Shown: positions 25,145 to 39,800, counted from the first letter of the whole stretch. The stretch: DNA of 63,544 nt, filler included, from Choristocarpus tenellus KU-1152 (GCA_964200185.2; 9 parts of 9 records of this genome joined end to end with filler, not necessarily neighbours in it), one strand, 5' to 3'. Translations and numbers: made by a program. Notes: generated by a model not told the origin, from the sequence alone.

Positions 25145-28100
25145 CTACCCCACAATATTTTGGAGGTCATCAAAGAAGCCCTTGGTCATATCCTGGACTC
25201 GTAGTACAGTGTGCCAGAGAGTAAACAGTTCAGAAATATAATCGTTTGCCAAAGCACCAAGGGCAAAGAAAGTTGCGTAGGGAGGGAGGGGGGAGTACAT
25301 GTCTAGGGTCAGGAACAAGACGCCTTCGATGCATCCAAGGCCATGTAGTCTTATCACTATTGCTCTACCCACTGCTTTGAGTGACAGAGGAAAATATCAA
25401 GGACAGTGCTGTTAAGAAATGAGGATAGACTAGAGAGGTTGAGAAAGGTCTTCTGCAGTGTATGGAATGTCCACACCAACATCATAGTGAGAGAGGGGTC
25501 TGAGGGATATTTCAACAGCCTAATGAACTTATCTCACCCATACAAACAATCCTTGCTCTTCCAACAAAACTCTTGAAAGAAAAATATTTTAATTTCTTCC
25601 CCTTCCCCCCGTCCTCCTATCCCCACCCAACCCTCAACGCCCTCCCTGAAGAATGTATGCGATAATGTAAGGTGCCTAGTTGCAGTATTGGAGGAGAGGG
25701 AAGCTCTTTAGTAGGAAGTCTTACAAAAAACCCGCCAATGAATTCATCTCTTTCCCAGAATTATCTGTTGTCATAGACAAGCCCAAGAGCCTAACATGTG
25801 GAGAGTTTCTCATAGAGCAAATGGGACCCAGTCAATACTGAAACGGTGGGGGAGTCTTGCCTTTCAACACTAGTAGTACTACAACAATGAATACACTAGG
25901 TGTTTGTACAAAAAAAAGTAGGACCTTAATATCATACCTGCGGCCAAGTAGAGAAAAATGATCACCCCTACACTGGAGCACGAACTGGTACTCAGAAATA
26001 TCATTCAAAAAACATTTCACTGTCTCTATTTACACAAAGGGACCCATCATTGTTACAATTGCAACACAGTTTTCTATACATTGATACAAGCAACTCCATT
26101 GTGCAAAAGGCCAATTAAGCACTGGTGGAATTTTTTGTTCAAGACTGTTAACACAGAACTGAAGCACAAGCAGCACCAACCACCTCTTCCATTCCACTCT
26201 CCAACTCAAGCCAGGTCACCACAAACCAAAATTACCTTGAGCCGAGAAGCAGCCTCTGTCACCCCAGCAAGCTCAGCTGAGGCTGTCTGAGCCAGCTGCC
26301 CCATCATGTCCCCAAGGGCTCCATCACCTCCACTCCCCTCTCCTGTCTCACGGTCAAAGTACATGTCACTGCTGATGGCAGCGGAGTTACCATACTGCTG
26401 GGTCTTCATTTGGCGACGGGCAATTTCTGCCGGATCATTGTCTTGGGTACCAAAAAGCATGTCAGATCCAATGCCCTTGGCGTTCTTATACTTACCTGCA
26501 TCAAAATTCCCTCCACCTCCCCCCTCATTGCTTATTCCAGAGGTATACATTGAACTTGAGGTAGCTCCCTTCCCTCCCCCGGACCATGGGCCACCATTGT
26601 CATTTCGGTAGAGGGATGATGACGAAGAGCCAAAACCCGAGTCATTTGCGGAATGGTAGATTGACCCAGAAGATTCTCCATTAGCCACCCCACTCCCCAC
26701 TGAAACTGATACTACACTTGATGGGAGTGATGCTGCGGCAGCTGCGGCAAGCCTGGATGAAGGGGCAGGACGAAGGGCGACATCTTCTGTGGCCTGCATT
26801 TCCATTGCGAGTGCACGGTCTCTATCCTCCACGACTTTCTTGTCAGATGCTGATTCTGTTCCCACTTTCGGCATACTGTCAAAACTTGACAACTTGACAG
26901 CCCCAGCACCCCCACCGAGCTTGGTCGCCCCCAGTCTCTTTCTGCCCCCCGACTTTCGTGCACCCACCTTCCCACGGGAACCCCCCAGTGATCCCATCAC
27001 CAGCGTCGGTGACTTGGGTGTCAGCGTAACCACAGGTGTAGTTGCCCCTGCTGCTCCTCCTCCCATTCCACCCTTGTCATCCACGGTGGATGGCATCATC
27101 AAGGTCCCTCGGGGCTGAAGCTCCTTCGGTTTCTTTACTTCTACAGGAGTTGCTCCTACTGTTGCCCCTGTGCCAACTGATGCTGATTGCGCAGTCACTG
27201 CATCATCTGCAGGCCCTGTAAAAGACAACGAACCCTGACTCCCTGGTGGTGTCTTGATTGTAGTAGAGGAAAGGGTTAAATAATTTCCTTCAGAAGTGGC
27301 AGCTGCAACAGGTCCTTGACTACTATCAGCAGTGCTCTTCTCCTGGTTTAGCAACCCTACTTTACCTGCACTGTCTACAGTCCCAGCACCATTTGTGATG
27401 GACACATCGTGCATGAGCCTGTCTAGACCGCACGAGAGGGTATCCTTGTGGGCATTGCCACCACGTGGCGATGGGGCTGGCGAGTCGTGTTGATCGGGCT
27501 CTGCCGCAATGAGTTTCTTCAGGTGTGCCTTATACATTTGGGCGGCTCGGGAATGGTATTTCTGTTCGGTCTTGCCCATGTCGGTAATCCCATGGGAAAG
27601 GAAGAAGGAGCGAGCATTCGCGTTGCCACCCCGTTTCATTGCCTCCATCTCGTGGGCTTTCCATTTATCCAACTCCAAACTGCGGACAAACGATATGTGT
27701 ACGCCCATATTGCGGTGCACTGCAGAGCAGTCATAGCAGATGAATATACCGTACGTAGCCGACGCCCAAGTAGGGTTGCGAGTGGGGCAGTCAAAGCAAA
27801 CCTTTTCAAGGGGTAAAGCAAGACGCGAAGAAAGGAGACGAGTTGGGGCGAGGGGGCACATCGCAAGTGGAATACGGAGTATCGACGGGTCATTAATCTC
27901 TTGTTGCACATCATCGAGTATTCAGCTGGTTAGCGTACTGGGACAAGGTCCTGTAGAAGACGGTATGGGACAATATTGAGGCTATGTGGGTGTCCCTGAC
28001 GGCCTTTACTTTCCGAAGGAAGATCAAGGTTCCAACAAATGCATTTAAAAGTGGATACTTGTTCCGCTAACCTAATGTAAATCAAGTTGGGGAAAGTAAC

Positions 28101-28498
28101 GATTCAGGGGTAACGACTCAGCGCTACATATTATGACATCCCTCGGGCAATCACGCAGCCCATTCTTCTACATTTCTTGTTCGGGATAAGTGTCTCGATT
28201 GACAACACTGATGCGTAAGAGGAGCGGTGTGACTCTGAATTGAAACCAGGAACAAGTTCGTGCGATTTTCGTTCGTGATGCCAACAGCCGAAAGACACCA
28301 GGAGAAAACAACGCAACTTCATAAAAAAAAAAGCTCCACTGTGTTCAAGGAGGAATTCTTGAATCCCATACATTCCTTACTGGCCTCTAGCATACAATGG
28401 GTGCACCCCTCCACTAGTATACAGACCTTGTTCTGAGGTTTACTTTGAAGGCGGCGGAATGAGCTCTTGACCAGGTCGTGGGGAAGGAAATCAGCCAT
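25145..28498 (-). CDS. ARFGAP2/3: ADP-ribosylation factor GTPase-activating protein, ArfGAP2/3 (Glo3/AGD8-10) type, 3 exons, about 561 aa
   Basis: Exons 28498-28427 (MADFLP..PQNK), 27801-26236 and 25192-25145 ([15 protein letters not shown]). It has the ArfGAP zinc finger CFDC-x16-CYDC..HR, a basic KRLGATKL motif, the Glo3 motifs GIGSDMLF and AISSDMYF, and a C-terminal amphipathic helix. Confidence 0.93.
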
Positions 28499-29615
28499 CG
28501 TCGGCGAAGTGGAAAGAAAGCAGACAAGAGAACCTCGCAAGAATGGTTCCTCTTCGAAACCCACAACAAATTGATCTCAATCTAATGGAGGGCTTGCGTT
28601 TTTCCCAGAACAAGAAGAATGCTATTAATCTCTAATACTAGTGAGTACCCCAAACCACCTTCTCGACCTTCCATCAACCCCAACAAACCCCTCTGGGATA
28701 ATATCAAGTGTTCTTGTTCCTTTCAAAACAATAATCTAAAATGCCTTCCAATTTCTTACTCAAAATTCCAACATCCCCTTGGTCTAAATTCCAACATCCC
28801 CTTGAGCTACAACTGTCCCCCCCTCCCTCCTTGACTGAAACTATCATCGGTGTGTACTGGTGGGTGTTATTGATTTGTAGTCTGCATAGAGGTCTGCCGC
28901 CGCCTCAAGTCTCTCCATGTTCGCCACGTTGACCTCCCCACCACGTTGACCGATCATGGCTTGACTTCGCATCAATTCCCTCCTTCAAAATGATTTTCTC
29001 CAGTCAGATGGTTGGTCGCGAATATTTTTATAGTTCTGCTAAGGCGCAAGTGTCTAGTTTGCATATAATTTAGATTCCCGTATACTCGCTCCTTGAACCA
29101 CTGTCAATACCCAACAAGAGATGATCTTCACCTTAATAGTTGTATTGGGCACCATTAATTGCGCGACTTTAAATGCTTGACTTGATTGACGATATTGTCA
29201 CCAATTGTCTGCGGTATGTAGCAGTACATATCATGATTGGGCTTGGGTAGATCGCCCAGCGAGATCTGGCATGCTCACTCTGGATCCAATCAGCTAATAA
29301 CGCCTTGCCAACCGAGTTGAACATTGACTTGATCAACTAACCTTCTTCTCCACAACCTCATGCAAGAAGCACAAGTCATCGGAGGGGAGAAAAATCCATG
29401 GTCATGCTTCCTCTACCGGACAGTACACTTTTGGTGCACATCTCGACTGGAGAAGAGAACGAACGGTGAACATCGCCAACAGTTTTTTTTGTCTTCAAGT
29501 GAGCGCTGGACCAAATACAATCGCAACTGCGGATTGAGGGCGTTTGGACTTGCACAGGAGTGTGACACGGAGCTCCGCAGGATTTGTGTAGATTCTCTAT
29601 ATTCTAGTTGCAGTA

Positions 29616-31008
29616 ATGTCTAACCGGTGGAAGTGCTCAGTCTGCGGGACTAAGGTGGGCGACCTAGTCTGTAGCAATTGTACTAGAGTGGAGGTCGGGA
29701 GACGGAGGCTGGAGAGAGAGGGCCGCCTTGAAGTACTGCGGGAAGCTAGAAGGGATGCCACCCTCGTTGTCCAGGTAGGTGAAATACCAATCAGAGCATG
29801 GAGCATGGACTATAGGGTTAGGGCTTGGTCTGGGGTATGGTGTCATTTCGATGTAGCCAATTGTTACAGTGTAGTAGCCCTAATGGTGAGAGATATTCCT
29901 GAGACGTTTTTCTTTTAATTTATAGCATATCTCTTACCGAGATATTGCTGGTAGTCGTGCTCCTGGTACAATTAATACATTTTTATTGTCTAGTGGTGTT
30001 TTTCTTGTAGTGCACAAATTGGTTTGATACCTCACACAATTATGGCAAGGGAAGAAACATCCAAAACATCCAGGCTCGTAGTAGTTGATGCCAAGGTCTT
30101 GGAGTATGTTTCATAATGTCCATAGGATCCGCTATTGGTAATTTGCATACTGGTTGCTTCAAGAATCTCAATTTTTTACCTTGGTTTTAAGGGCAATCAG
30201 TCAGTCTAGCATAGAATTTAAGTCTTTACAGATACCTGAGATCTGATCCTTCTTTGACTTTGTCATCACAACTAAATCAGGCCAATAGAGAAGCGTTGCA
30301 AAAGGATGCACAGCTGGAGAAGGATGCTGCAGATGTCTCAAGACTGAACGAAGAAATTCTTGATGTCACTCAGCAGGTGGCTGAAGGTCAGCCGGGTGCT
30401 TGGTACCTTCCCCGTGTGCAACACGATCGACTTGACCCTTGAAACATTTCACTTGAATTGTAGCTGCAATTGTAACCTATGGGTGTATGACTCATGCATG
30501 CATATGTGTGTGTTGAGGTAATTTCGTCTTGAGCGCGTGGACATTTCTTTCCATGGGCTTGGGTGGAGGGAGCTTCACATAGCTGTCTTTGGATTAAGAC
30601 ACTTGCAGCACATACATATGTTCACTCAACCCATAACTAAAGTATCACCCCTCCCTACCTCCGTACACACACAAGAAGCAGCTCTCTCTCCTCAATTTTT
30701 GTCAAGAATAACACCACAACTCTGTCAACAAGGCTCCCCCAATACCCCCAGATTCACACACCAATGGATGCGCACACATGCATTTCCGCTGCTGACAGAG
30801 AGAATCAAGGTTGCCAGTGCTTCGTTTGCTCTCAGGAAGCACCAGGCTCTGCTATCTGCGGCTAAGACTCAACTGAAACAGGAGGGTAGGGCTGGAACAG
30901 AGCTTAGGGGTGCTCTTATCTCTGGACTTAATGCCCATGTTGAAGAGGCAAGGCGGACCGTGAGGCACAGGCGCTGGCAGAAGGTAGTGCAAATGTTCAT
31001 CCTCTTCC
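29616..31008 (+). CDS. Atg14/UVRAG(Vps38)-like autophagy PI3K-complex subunit, 5' part
   Basis: Exons 29616-29774, 30281-30386 and 30799-31008 (gap) join in frame. N-terminal CSVC-x8-CSNC followed by a long predicted coiled coil ending ..VVQMFILF is the Atg14-family layout. The family assignment is by architecture only. Confidence 0.65.
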
Positions 31009-31109
31009 NNNNNNNNNNNNNNNNNNNNNNNNNNNNNNNNNNNNNNNNNNNNTTAATTAATTAANNNNNNNNNNNNNNNNNNNNNNNNNNNNNNNNNNNN
31101 NNNNNNNNA

Positions 31110-32840
31110 TTGGTTTTCCCCTGACACATCTGCAAAATGTCAGAGGGCATAATAATATAAATATACATATGTGTATATAAAATGCCAGTATTTGTAAACC
31201 CGAATAAACCCCAAACGGTAAATGATGATTAGGGTTCCTAAATACGGCTCAAAGCGGCTCAGTTCTTCTGACCTAAAAAGATCCACATAGATCACTCTCT
31301 ATCTGATACCAAACTATATACATATTTCTTATACGGATTGATTAATTTGATTGAGAGTACCCCTGTTCTGCTGAGCTGACGCTCGAAAATATGTTAATTA
31401 GACTTGACTTGTAATCCTGTGGAGGTGAGCACCGAGGGGTGCCTGTAACAATTGGTGTGGGGTTGAGTGGAGTTGAAGGGTGGGGGAGGTGACTGGAAAT
31501 CAGTGGCAAAGGGGTCGCACTGGTTGGTCATCAGATGTGGGGGGTGACTGGAAATCAATGGTGAAAGGGATACGCTTTGGTTTGCCATCGCAAAGGGAGG
31601 GGAGACAGGAAATCAGTGGCGAAGAGGTTGCACTGGGTGGTTACAAGTGGGGGTACAATGGGGAGGGAAATGGGAATGGGTGGATTGCAGACAGAGAATT
31701 AAAAAATTATAATCCAGAATTCGTGAGCAAAAAAATGCAAGGTTGCTCGATATAAGAGAGAATTGCTAGGAAAGCGCCAAAACCTCTCTTATATTATGAA
31801 AACTGGGGACAACACAATTTACCCTCTCTTATATCCCGTTTTTTCTTATATCGATCTCTATAATACACATCTGCAAAATGTCAGAGGCCATAATAATAAT
31901 ACAAAATATAGGTACATTGCTTGTAGTAGCAATAATATATACATATTTACTATTATACCATCTCACATTTTGGAGATGTGTCATGGGAAAAACAATGAAA
32001 ACTCTTCACACGTCAGAAAAAAAGTATCAGTTAAAATTTACTATGACACATCTACACAACGTCAAAAAGCACAATAATAAAATATATACAGTTTCTGTCA
32101 CAACACAGGTAGCCCTATCCAGACGGGTCATGCGCTTTAAGCTGGAGGCACCAGGGAGATGGGCAAGGAGGGGCTTGTTAGATTCGTGAGATACCTCCCT
32201 ACCCACTCACCCTGGAGTGCAGGACTAAGCTAGGTTAGAGGTACAAGAAGGGAACGGTGTAGCTTAACTGGTAGTAAAATAGCTAAATGGGTTGAGTTTT
32301 TCCCATTTACGACAACTGTTACTTTTTTAGGGTTTATTCTGATATGCGAATAATTTTTGTTGATTTTTCCCTGACACGTCTGCAACATGTCAGAGGGCAA
32401 AATAATGAAATAAAGCTGTGTTAGATAATATCACAATCTCTATATTTTATTAAATTATAATGCTCTCTGACATTTTGTAGATGAGTGAAAGTATCTTAGG
32501 GGGTACGAGTTTTTCCCTGTTTGTCCTTTTAGGGCTTGGCTTCCCACGTTTTTTTAGTGATATTTTCCTAATCCGAAATGTTTAGGAGTAGATAAAAGGT
32601 ATACGTTATGAAAAGGTGTGTCCGAAACATAGATATTGACACTTCCTAACTAACACGATAGCAAAAATTACATACAAATCGCAACATTGGATTTTGGCCC
32701 CCAAATGGACGCGACTATACCCTCTGAGATACTTCGGCTTGGATGTGTTAGGGGAAATGTATATGTTAACGGGATACCTTTTTTTTCTGTCATATAAATA
32801 GTTTTCATTGGTTTTCTCATGACACATCTGCAAAATGTCA
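31110..32840. repeat. Cluster of family B repeats (gacacatctgcaaaatgtcagag core) in direct and inverted orientation
   Basis: Forward copies near 31120, 31865, 32370 and 32820. Inverted copies near 31960-32000 and 32455-32757 (the latter split by a MITE). Confidence 0.75.
32483..32740 (-). mobile_element. MITE family A, complete copy nested in a family B repeat
   Basis: Both TIRs present. Flanks agat/ggat are a 3/4 match. Removing the element restores the ctgacattttg(t)agatgtgt(t)aggggaaa repeat. Confidence 0.85.
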
Positions 32841-32949
32841 TCAACTCAAAGAATCCAGGTTCTATCTAAATAAAATGTCGATGGTTGTGGAATGTACTTT
32901 CACACTCTTGATCAAACTGTTGATTTGATTCCTTCCAGACACAACTAGG

Positions 32950-33800
32950 TAGCCTTCCAAATTAAGTACAACAGGGAAATGAAAAGCTCCTCACTAGCCC
33001 TAGCACGCCACCGGAGCCAGTGTAGACAAGAGGAAATGCATGGGCCTCAACAAAACCCCTGGAGCCGGCATGCTAGATCCCCGCTGCAGAGTTCAAACTC
33101 ACCGCCAGCGGATCCCTAGGGAGAGAGGAGGCTCTGTCAAACAGGTGCCCCGCGACTGGGTGCAGGAGGTAAAACGTCGGCACCAGACATGCCCGTACCT
33201 TCCCCAGGGCAGGAGGCCACGTGCAACAACGCACTCCTATGGTGAAACGTCTCAGTCAACTATGCATGGGGATGGGCATCCCTTGCACTATGGAGGATAA
33301 TAGCCCCTTCACTGTTGACAGGAATTTCTGCATGGATCTAGTCTTCTGTGCAGGGGCACTTGCAGACGCAGGATCAACCCCCTATCAGGACAAAGGCCTT
33401 CTACTAGATGTTACATTCGCAGAAGTACAGGTAACCTCCCACCTCCCACACTCATTCACCGGCAATGGTGTAGCTGCTGCTGCAGCTGAGGCGCAAAAGC
33501 GCACCAACTACGAGGGCTCTTTTTTGACCCTCGTAGTTATAACCTCAACACCTTTGCAGTGGAAAGTTTTGGGTGCCTCGGCAAGTAAGCGGGACGTTTC
33601 TTGGACGAGCTAACTACACACGCGCTAGAGGGGAGAGGAACTGGAGGCTACAGCAGAAAAGGAGCAGTCAAATCCGGCCTATGCTAGATAGTCTCAGTCA
33701 AAATGCAAGTAGCCCTATCTTCACGGGTCATGTGTTTTAAGCTGGAGTCACCAGGGAGATGGGCAAGGAGGGGCTTGTTAGATTCTTGGGATGCTTTGTT
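32950..33800 (+). mobile_element. Non-LTR retrotransposon 3' end with restriction-like endonuclease (CRE-like), degenerate; second short 3'-end copy at about 32085-32190
   Basis: MDLV..LLLDVT..AAAAAEAQKRTNY..(frameshift)FAVESFGCLG..FLDEL..VSVKMQVALS follows the RLE pattern D..DV..E..K..Y..AVE.FG. The 3' segment is duplicated at 32085-32190. Confidence 0.7.
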
Positions 33801-36800
33801 ACAGGCGAATAGCAGGGTCAAAGTATCTGGGGGNNNNNNNNNNNNNNNNNNNNNNNNNNNNNNNNNNNNNNNNNNNNTTAATTAATTAANNNNNNNNNNN
33901 NNNNNNNNNNNNNNNNNNNNNNNNNNNNNNNNNATATAGATTGTGTGCCGCTTGTTTAGGGCTTACACAGGGGTGAACAAAATCGGGATAGGTACTGTAC
34001 TGTACTTCCATAGACAGTACTTCAATATTAGAACATTTATTAATGTGATCGTATGATTGTAGTACTTGTAAGATGTATATTGAGGTATTTCAAGTGTTGG
34101 GGTTTTATCTAAAATAGTCACTGCATTATGTAAATCGGTCTCACACCTTCCTCCCACCCCTAAAATGTAGCAGAAGTCCCTTAGAGATCCGTGGGCACGG
34201 AGGAGAAGATGGATCCTCGTCCAAAAAAGCACCAAGATGACTTGTAAGGAGTGGGATATGTTAAAACATGTACCAAAGAGGAAGTATAGGGTCTCCTCAT
34301 TCTTCGAGATACTCCCGCTCTATTTAAGGGCGGTTTCTTAGACCACTGTGAAAGGTAAAGCCCAGCATGGTTTGGTTTTGTGTACAGCGCGTTGTCTGTA
34401 TCATCTATAGAAAGCATACCACTCAGACCACATCCTTCCCATTGTAGAGTGTTATTTCTACCTTTGTATTGATATCATCTGATGTATTAGAGTTGTCGAG
34501 GTTTGCTCCTTAATATAAATGATGAATAATTTCTGCTTAGCGTGGCATGTGCACGTACACTTCAACTCTCAGCTTCCTGAATAGTGGTCATGGCTTTGCA
34601 GCCTCTCAAGTTGTGTTTGTTACTCAGTTTTGGTGGGGGTCGTTTGTCGAAATTTGCCACAATTTTATTTTGCGTATCCTAAGCCCTCTTGGTCTATTTT
34701 GTGCTACGACTGGGTGTACCCCTCACCCCTTCTCGGAAGGTATGCTCTGGTATTGGTGGGGTCCATTTGAACTTGCGACACCCTCAAGTAGCATACTGAG
34801 GAGATGTGGATGTTCTCATAGGGCGGACTCTAAGCACCACTATAATCGTGGCGGGCATACAGTTTCTGCTTCCATGCACCTGACTCGGGAGTAGTATGTA
34901 ACCTCCGTACAGCGGTGAGTACCATGAATGCATACACACTTGGTATGTGATAGGTATTGTCATTCTCTCCTTGCTAAACTCTGTAGATCTTTTTGCTTCT
35001 TAGGCAGAAAATCAACGAAATCAAGCCTACTGCTTCATCTATGGAGTGTCAGACGCCTGACAAATGCTTTGTAGATATAATAGTATCATAGGGTCGTGGC
35101 AGCTACGTTGCGACGAATATGCCTGCAAAACGGCAGAAGCTTTAACAGATTTAGGTGCAACATTGGAGTCATCTGTAATTGCTCCAGGCTACTGTCACGT
35201 TGAACATCATGTGGCTAGTTTGATTGGGGGAAATGTACGTACAGGTATGCTGGGAAAAGATTGCAAGGCGAACAACTCTCCCCTGCGCCGGAAGAGGAAG
35301 GGTGCAGAAATGAGGCACATTACGGAGCGCGCCTCTGCCAAATCGACATAGAATATATCCTTATCGTTGGTCTCATACTCGGGGATGTTGTATAGTATGC
35401 ACATTGGACGTACCAGGTGCGAGGGGAATGACTTGTACGTTTGGTTTTTGTATGCTTTAGTTTACTGTTTCTTGTGTGATTTACCTTAATTTGTTGTATT
35501 TTCCTATAGAGTACTTTAGAAGCTCAGCTGTGCACCTTCCTTGTTCCTGATTCCTCCCTTTTGGTCCCTTCCTCAACTGATGATTCATATGACAGTGGTA
35601 TCGACTTCCGCTATGCCAAGGATGCAATGGGTCCTTGCAGCAGAACTGGGTTATTAAGTGCCTTCAACTGTTTCTAAAGAGCTTTTGCACAAAATATACA
35701 CATGAGAAAGGACCACTGATGGGCTTTGCCTAGAGTAGTACTGGAGTGAAAGTATGTAAATAATGTCTTCAAACATTGGTTATCAGTCACACACATACAG
35801 TGTGCAAATTGCTTGACTCAAAGATAATGCATGTCTTTTGATTCTCTACAGATTGCACATTAACATTGTGGTGCGTCCCTATGTTGCAGTCAGTTGTGCA
35901 AGCCAGGCCTTGCTGCCTGGTAACTTATGGTATAGCAATGCTTGAACCTCTGCTTGTCTGCTATTATCATGTGATTATGTCCAAGTGTAAGATAGCGTTC
36001 AATATGTGGCAGTGTACTAGTAGTAGCACAACCAACACAACCGCATGTTGAGGAAAGTCGTGTTCATGTACTCCTCACTAGGAACTGAAATTCAAGTGTT
36101 TTTTTTGTCTTGCCATCAACACTTCACAGTAGTTCTGATATGTAGACAATACCTTTGCGGGATTGGGGATCCGGATGGGGACAGTGAAATGAAGAGTGTA
36201 CTCTGATTGTCTACACGCCCAACGTGTAGAACAGGGATAAAGGCATCAGTGATGTCGAGGTCATTGTTATGTCAAGCACTCCATATCCTACCACTGGAAA
36301 CAGCCTCCTCACATAGGTATGACCTTGCAACCCACAAGACTGGGGCCTGCAATTTCTTTGATTCTGCTTTGCTTTGCCAACCAGTACTCTTCAAACCCAA
36401 AGGGTCGGCACTCTTGAGGGGTGTAGGTCACAGGTACCATAACATCATTATCAGCATCGAGTTGAAAGGAAACAATGGCAGTCAATGGAAAATAGCATAT
36501 CTAATCTGTTGCCTGCCATTGTTTTCTGTCAACTTGATGCTGATGACGATGTTATGGTCACTGTGACGAATATCCCTCAATAGTGCCATCCTTTGGGGTT
36601 GATGAGTGTTGGTTGGCGAATCAGGACAGGAACAATGGAAATGCAGCCCGCAGATGTATGTTATGCAAGGTTCTGAACCTTGCTACCCATGTCAGGGTAC
36701 CTGCAGGATCTGCTCAGGACAAATCATTTTTTAAGTGCTGGAATTATGCAGACAAGGCTATAGAGTCCACCTCTCTGGTTTGACCATTCACAACACATGT

Positions 36801-39800
36801 CTTCCCAGTCAAATACTGATGTGTGGTAAAATCGGCTGGTTCATTACTAGTTTAAGTTCTTTCCAAGCGAAATGTCTCACCAAACAAAGCTCAATTTGCA
36901 TGGTGTTGTATTGTGCATCTCTTGTCGCGCTTTTGAAGACCTCAAGAAGAGTATGTGCTAATCTGCAATGATTACTCTTCCGTTTTGTGTAAATAGGGCG
37001 CATTGATTCTCCTCTCCTCCTGCACCTGTTCTGTGCTCTCCCTTGAAAGGTCAGTATGAGCTGTCTCCCATTGGGTCAGATTTGAGGGAAAGCACTGCCA
37101 AAAAGGTTGGGGACCATGCTGTGCAGTGGAGGAAGGTCCAAGGGGAAGAGCAAGGACCCATCATGTGATAAAAGGGAAGAGATATCTTTAGCCCAGCGGT
37201 GGGAAGTGCAGGAATTGCTAATAGGGCACAACAGGGACCAAGTACCCTGATATTGTCCAAATGTATAATATCCTCAGAGAGGTCATCAGCGATGAGGAAC
37301 AGGATGTATGGGACTTGGACGGTGCAGAGGCAGAGCACATGGGTTTGGAGGGACTCCTCTGTCAGGTACATACTCAGCTAGATGTTGTCAATGAGGTAAT
37401 GGGGGAAAGGAGTTGGGCAAGCACTCCATCAATGGTGATAGTTTATTATTCCTGCTGGACCCCTGTTGCCAACATGTAAGGGTTGTGTGTATCAATCAGA
37501 ACCAACAGATAATATGAGGTACATAGTGTTCTATCTGATACACTGCAACATGAAGCGAAAACACCCAGTTGGCACACTCATCACTTACCGCTGGTGTTGT
37601 TCCTGGTGGAGTAGAAGTAACCATTAATGGCAAAGTAGAGGTCTTTGATGACTGTTCTCTACATCTCATCTGAAGCATCTTCGCACTCACTTGTAATAGC
37701 ACTGGCAATGGCAGCAATGAGTTGAAATGACGGCAGTACATTATATGAAAAAAAAAATCTGGTTGTGATCATGGTGAGATAAATGGCTAGATGTATGAAA
37801 CGACAAGAGCAAGAAGAACGAGCATCATCATGACAATAGCAATGTCCTATGTAACAATGAGAGCTACCATGTTATGCGGCATATGTTCCTAGTCAGGTGT
37901 TGGTGCTGGTTGTGATATTGGTTTATTTCTGTTAGTGTCTCACCTTGTATACGAAGGGCAAATATTAATGGAGAACAGCAAGTGTGATATGAAACGACTG
38001 ACAACTGGCCTGGGATAAACATTTGGTTTTGTTTTGCAAGGTGGGTACACAAACTACCAGGACCCATACTGACGAAAAAAATGAACTTGGGTTGTGAAAA
38101 TTATTTCACAGATTTTTCCCAACAATGGTTCTCCACCCAGATGATATCTGAATATGAACTTGAACGGGTGGCGCTTTGGGCTTCTTCATGACAATTGAAT
38201 ATAGGAGGCGAAAATATCAGTGGTGGTGACTTGCTGAGGTGATTAGATTTCTGCATTTTAGTGGCTTTGGTGATTTTTTATGTTAGGGTTAGGGTCCTGA
38301 CCCTGTTTATTTGGGGTTGTCGTGTTAGAGTTTCACTCTTGAAGCATTGGATAAGTGCTTTCTCTAGTGGTTCTATGAGACCCCATCAGGGTCAAGGCCA
38401 GTCAAATATGCTACTCTTTCAGCAACCAATATATTTTTCTTCTGCACTTTCTGGTGGACTGCACATCGAATTGATGGTAAAAGCCCTCTCTGTGGTTCTT
38501 TGAAGTACCCCTACCTTGAATGCATTGTCAATCAAAGCATTATTAGACATTTTCATGAAAAGCAATTATGGCAGCGCTAGCATTGGGAGTGCTCTGTTGA
38601 GATGCAATTGAATCCCTCCACCCTATGTAGTGTCAAGGAAGGTATGAGTAGGTACTGTCCTTTGTAATTTTCTCCCTTTAAGTCTGGACCTTCTCTACTA
38701 CCTCTACCCTACCTATTCCCTTGACCCATGGTTATTCCCATGTACATTGCACTATATTTCTACTCTACAAAACTACCTGTTGCACTACAAGTAGTTACAC
38801 TGACCCATGCGCACCTAATTTTTTTCTCACAAAATGAGTTTAGACATCCCACTGCTTGTTGTTTCGGCTCCTCCCTCAAATCTGGTGCATACTCCCTCTG
38901 TCGCGGTGAATCTTCGTCAGCACAATCCAGATCTTTCCACATATCTCTTTTTCTGGTTATGTGCATATAGTAAGGTACAAGTGTACGTTCCAATTGCACT
39001 TGGCAAAGGGTCCATTGAAGTCAATTTTCCTGTGCGGAAAATGTGTCCTCTGCAAATGGGGTTAAAACCCAAGCACTTCTATGAGGAAGTGCAGGCAGAC
39101 AAGCACAACTCACCTTCTTAGACAAGATCATTATTATTGTGTAAAGCGGGTATAACGTTAGCATTGATGAAAGTTAGCATTCAGTGTGGAAAGAATTTAT
39201 GACTACGATTAAATCTACTTGAGCAAAATTTGGCGAAAGGTGAAAGTGAAGTACACCTAGCAGATATTTGGACATGTAGAAAGTGCTCTAAAAGTCGTGA
39301 TTAACGGTCATTATCAAGATATACCCCATCCAGTCCTTAGAGCACGAAATGTTTTGGTGACCATTGGGGGAGTCTTTTTATCAAAGGTGTCCCTAATCTT
39401 GTCCGAATTGAGAAAGAGGTCAGTTCGCATGCATGTATTGTTATCCTCGAGGTGCGCTTATTCTTGTCAAAATGGTAAAGTACTGATTGCCGTTTACGGA
39501 TCGTTTTTGTCAAGATGCATCTGACATACTCCAAAGTGCAAAAATGTTATGATTACACCCCTCGATTGTTTTCATAATGGTGCATCTAATCTTGTCCATA
39601 TCGCCAAGTTGTGGTCTCCGTTTGAGCAGGGTTTTCTTCAAGGTGTCCCTGATCTCGTCCAAATTGCAAACAACAGGCGTCCTGAATGAATCAAACGAGT
39701 AGGAATGGGCGGGGGGCACCCAAGACAGCTGCAGGCAGGGAGGAGGTAGTGTGTATGATATCCTCACCCTACTCTGACTTTGTAAGTATCATCGCATATA

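Noticed and set aside
27802-27909. N-terminus of the 567-aa ORF as the ArfGAP start
   Set aside because: This part is intronic. The real first exon is 28498-28427, with a good donor and acceptor and the expected pre-zinc-finger helix.
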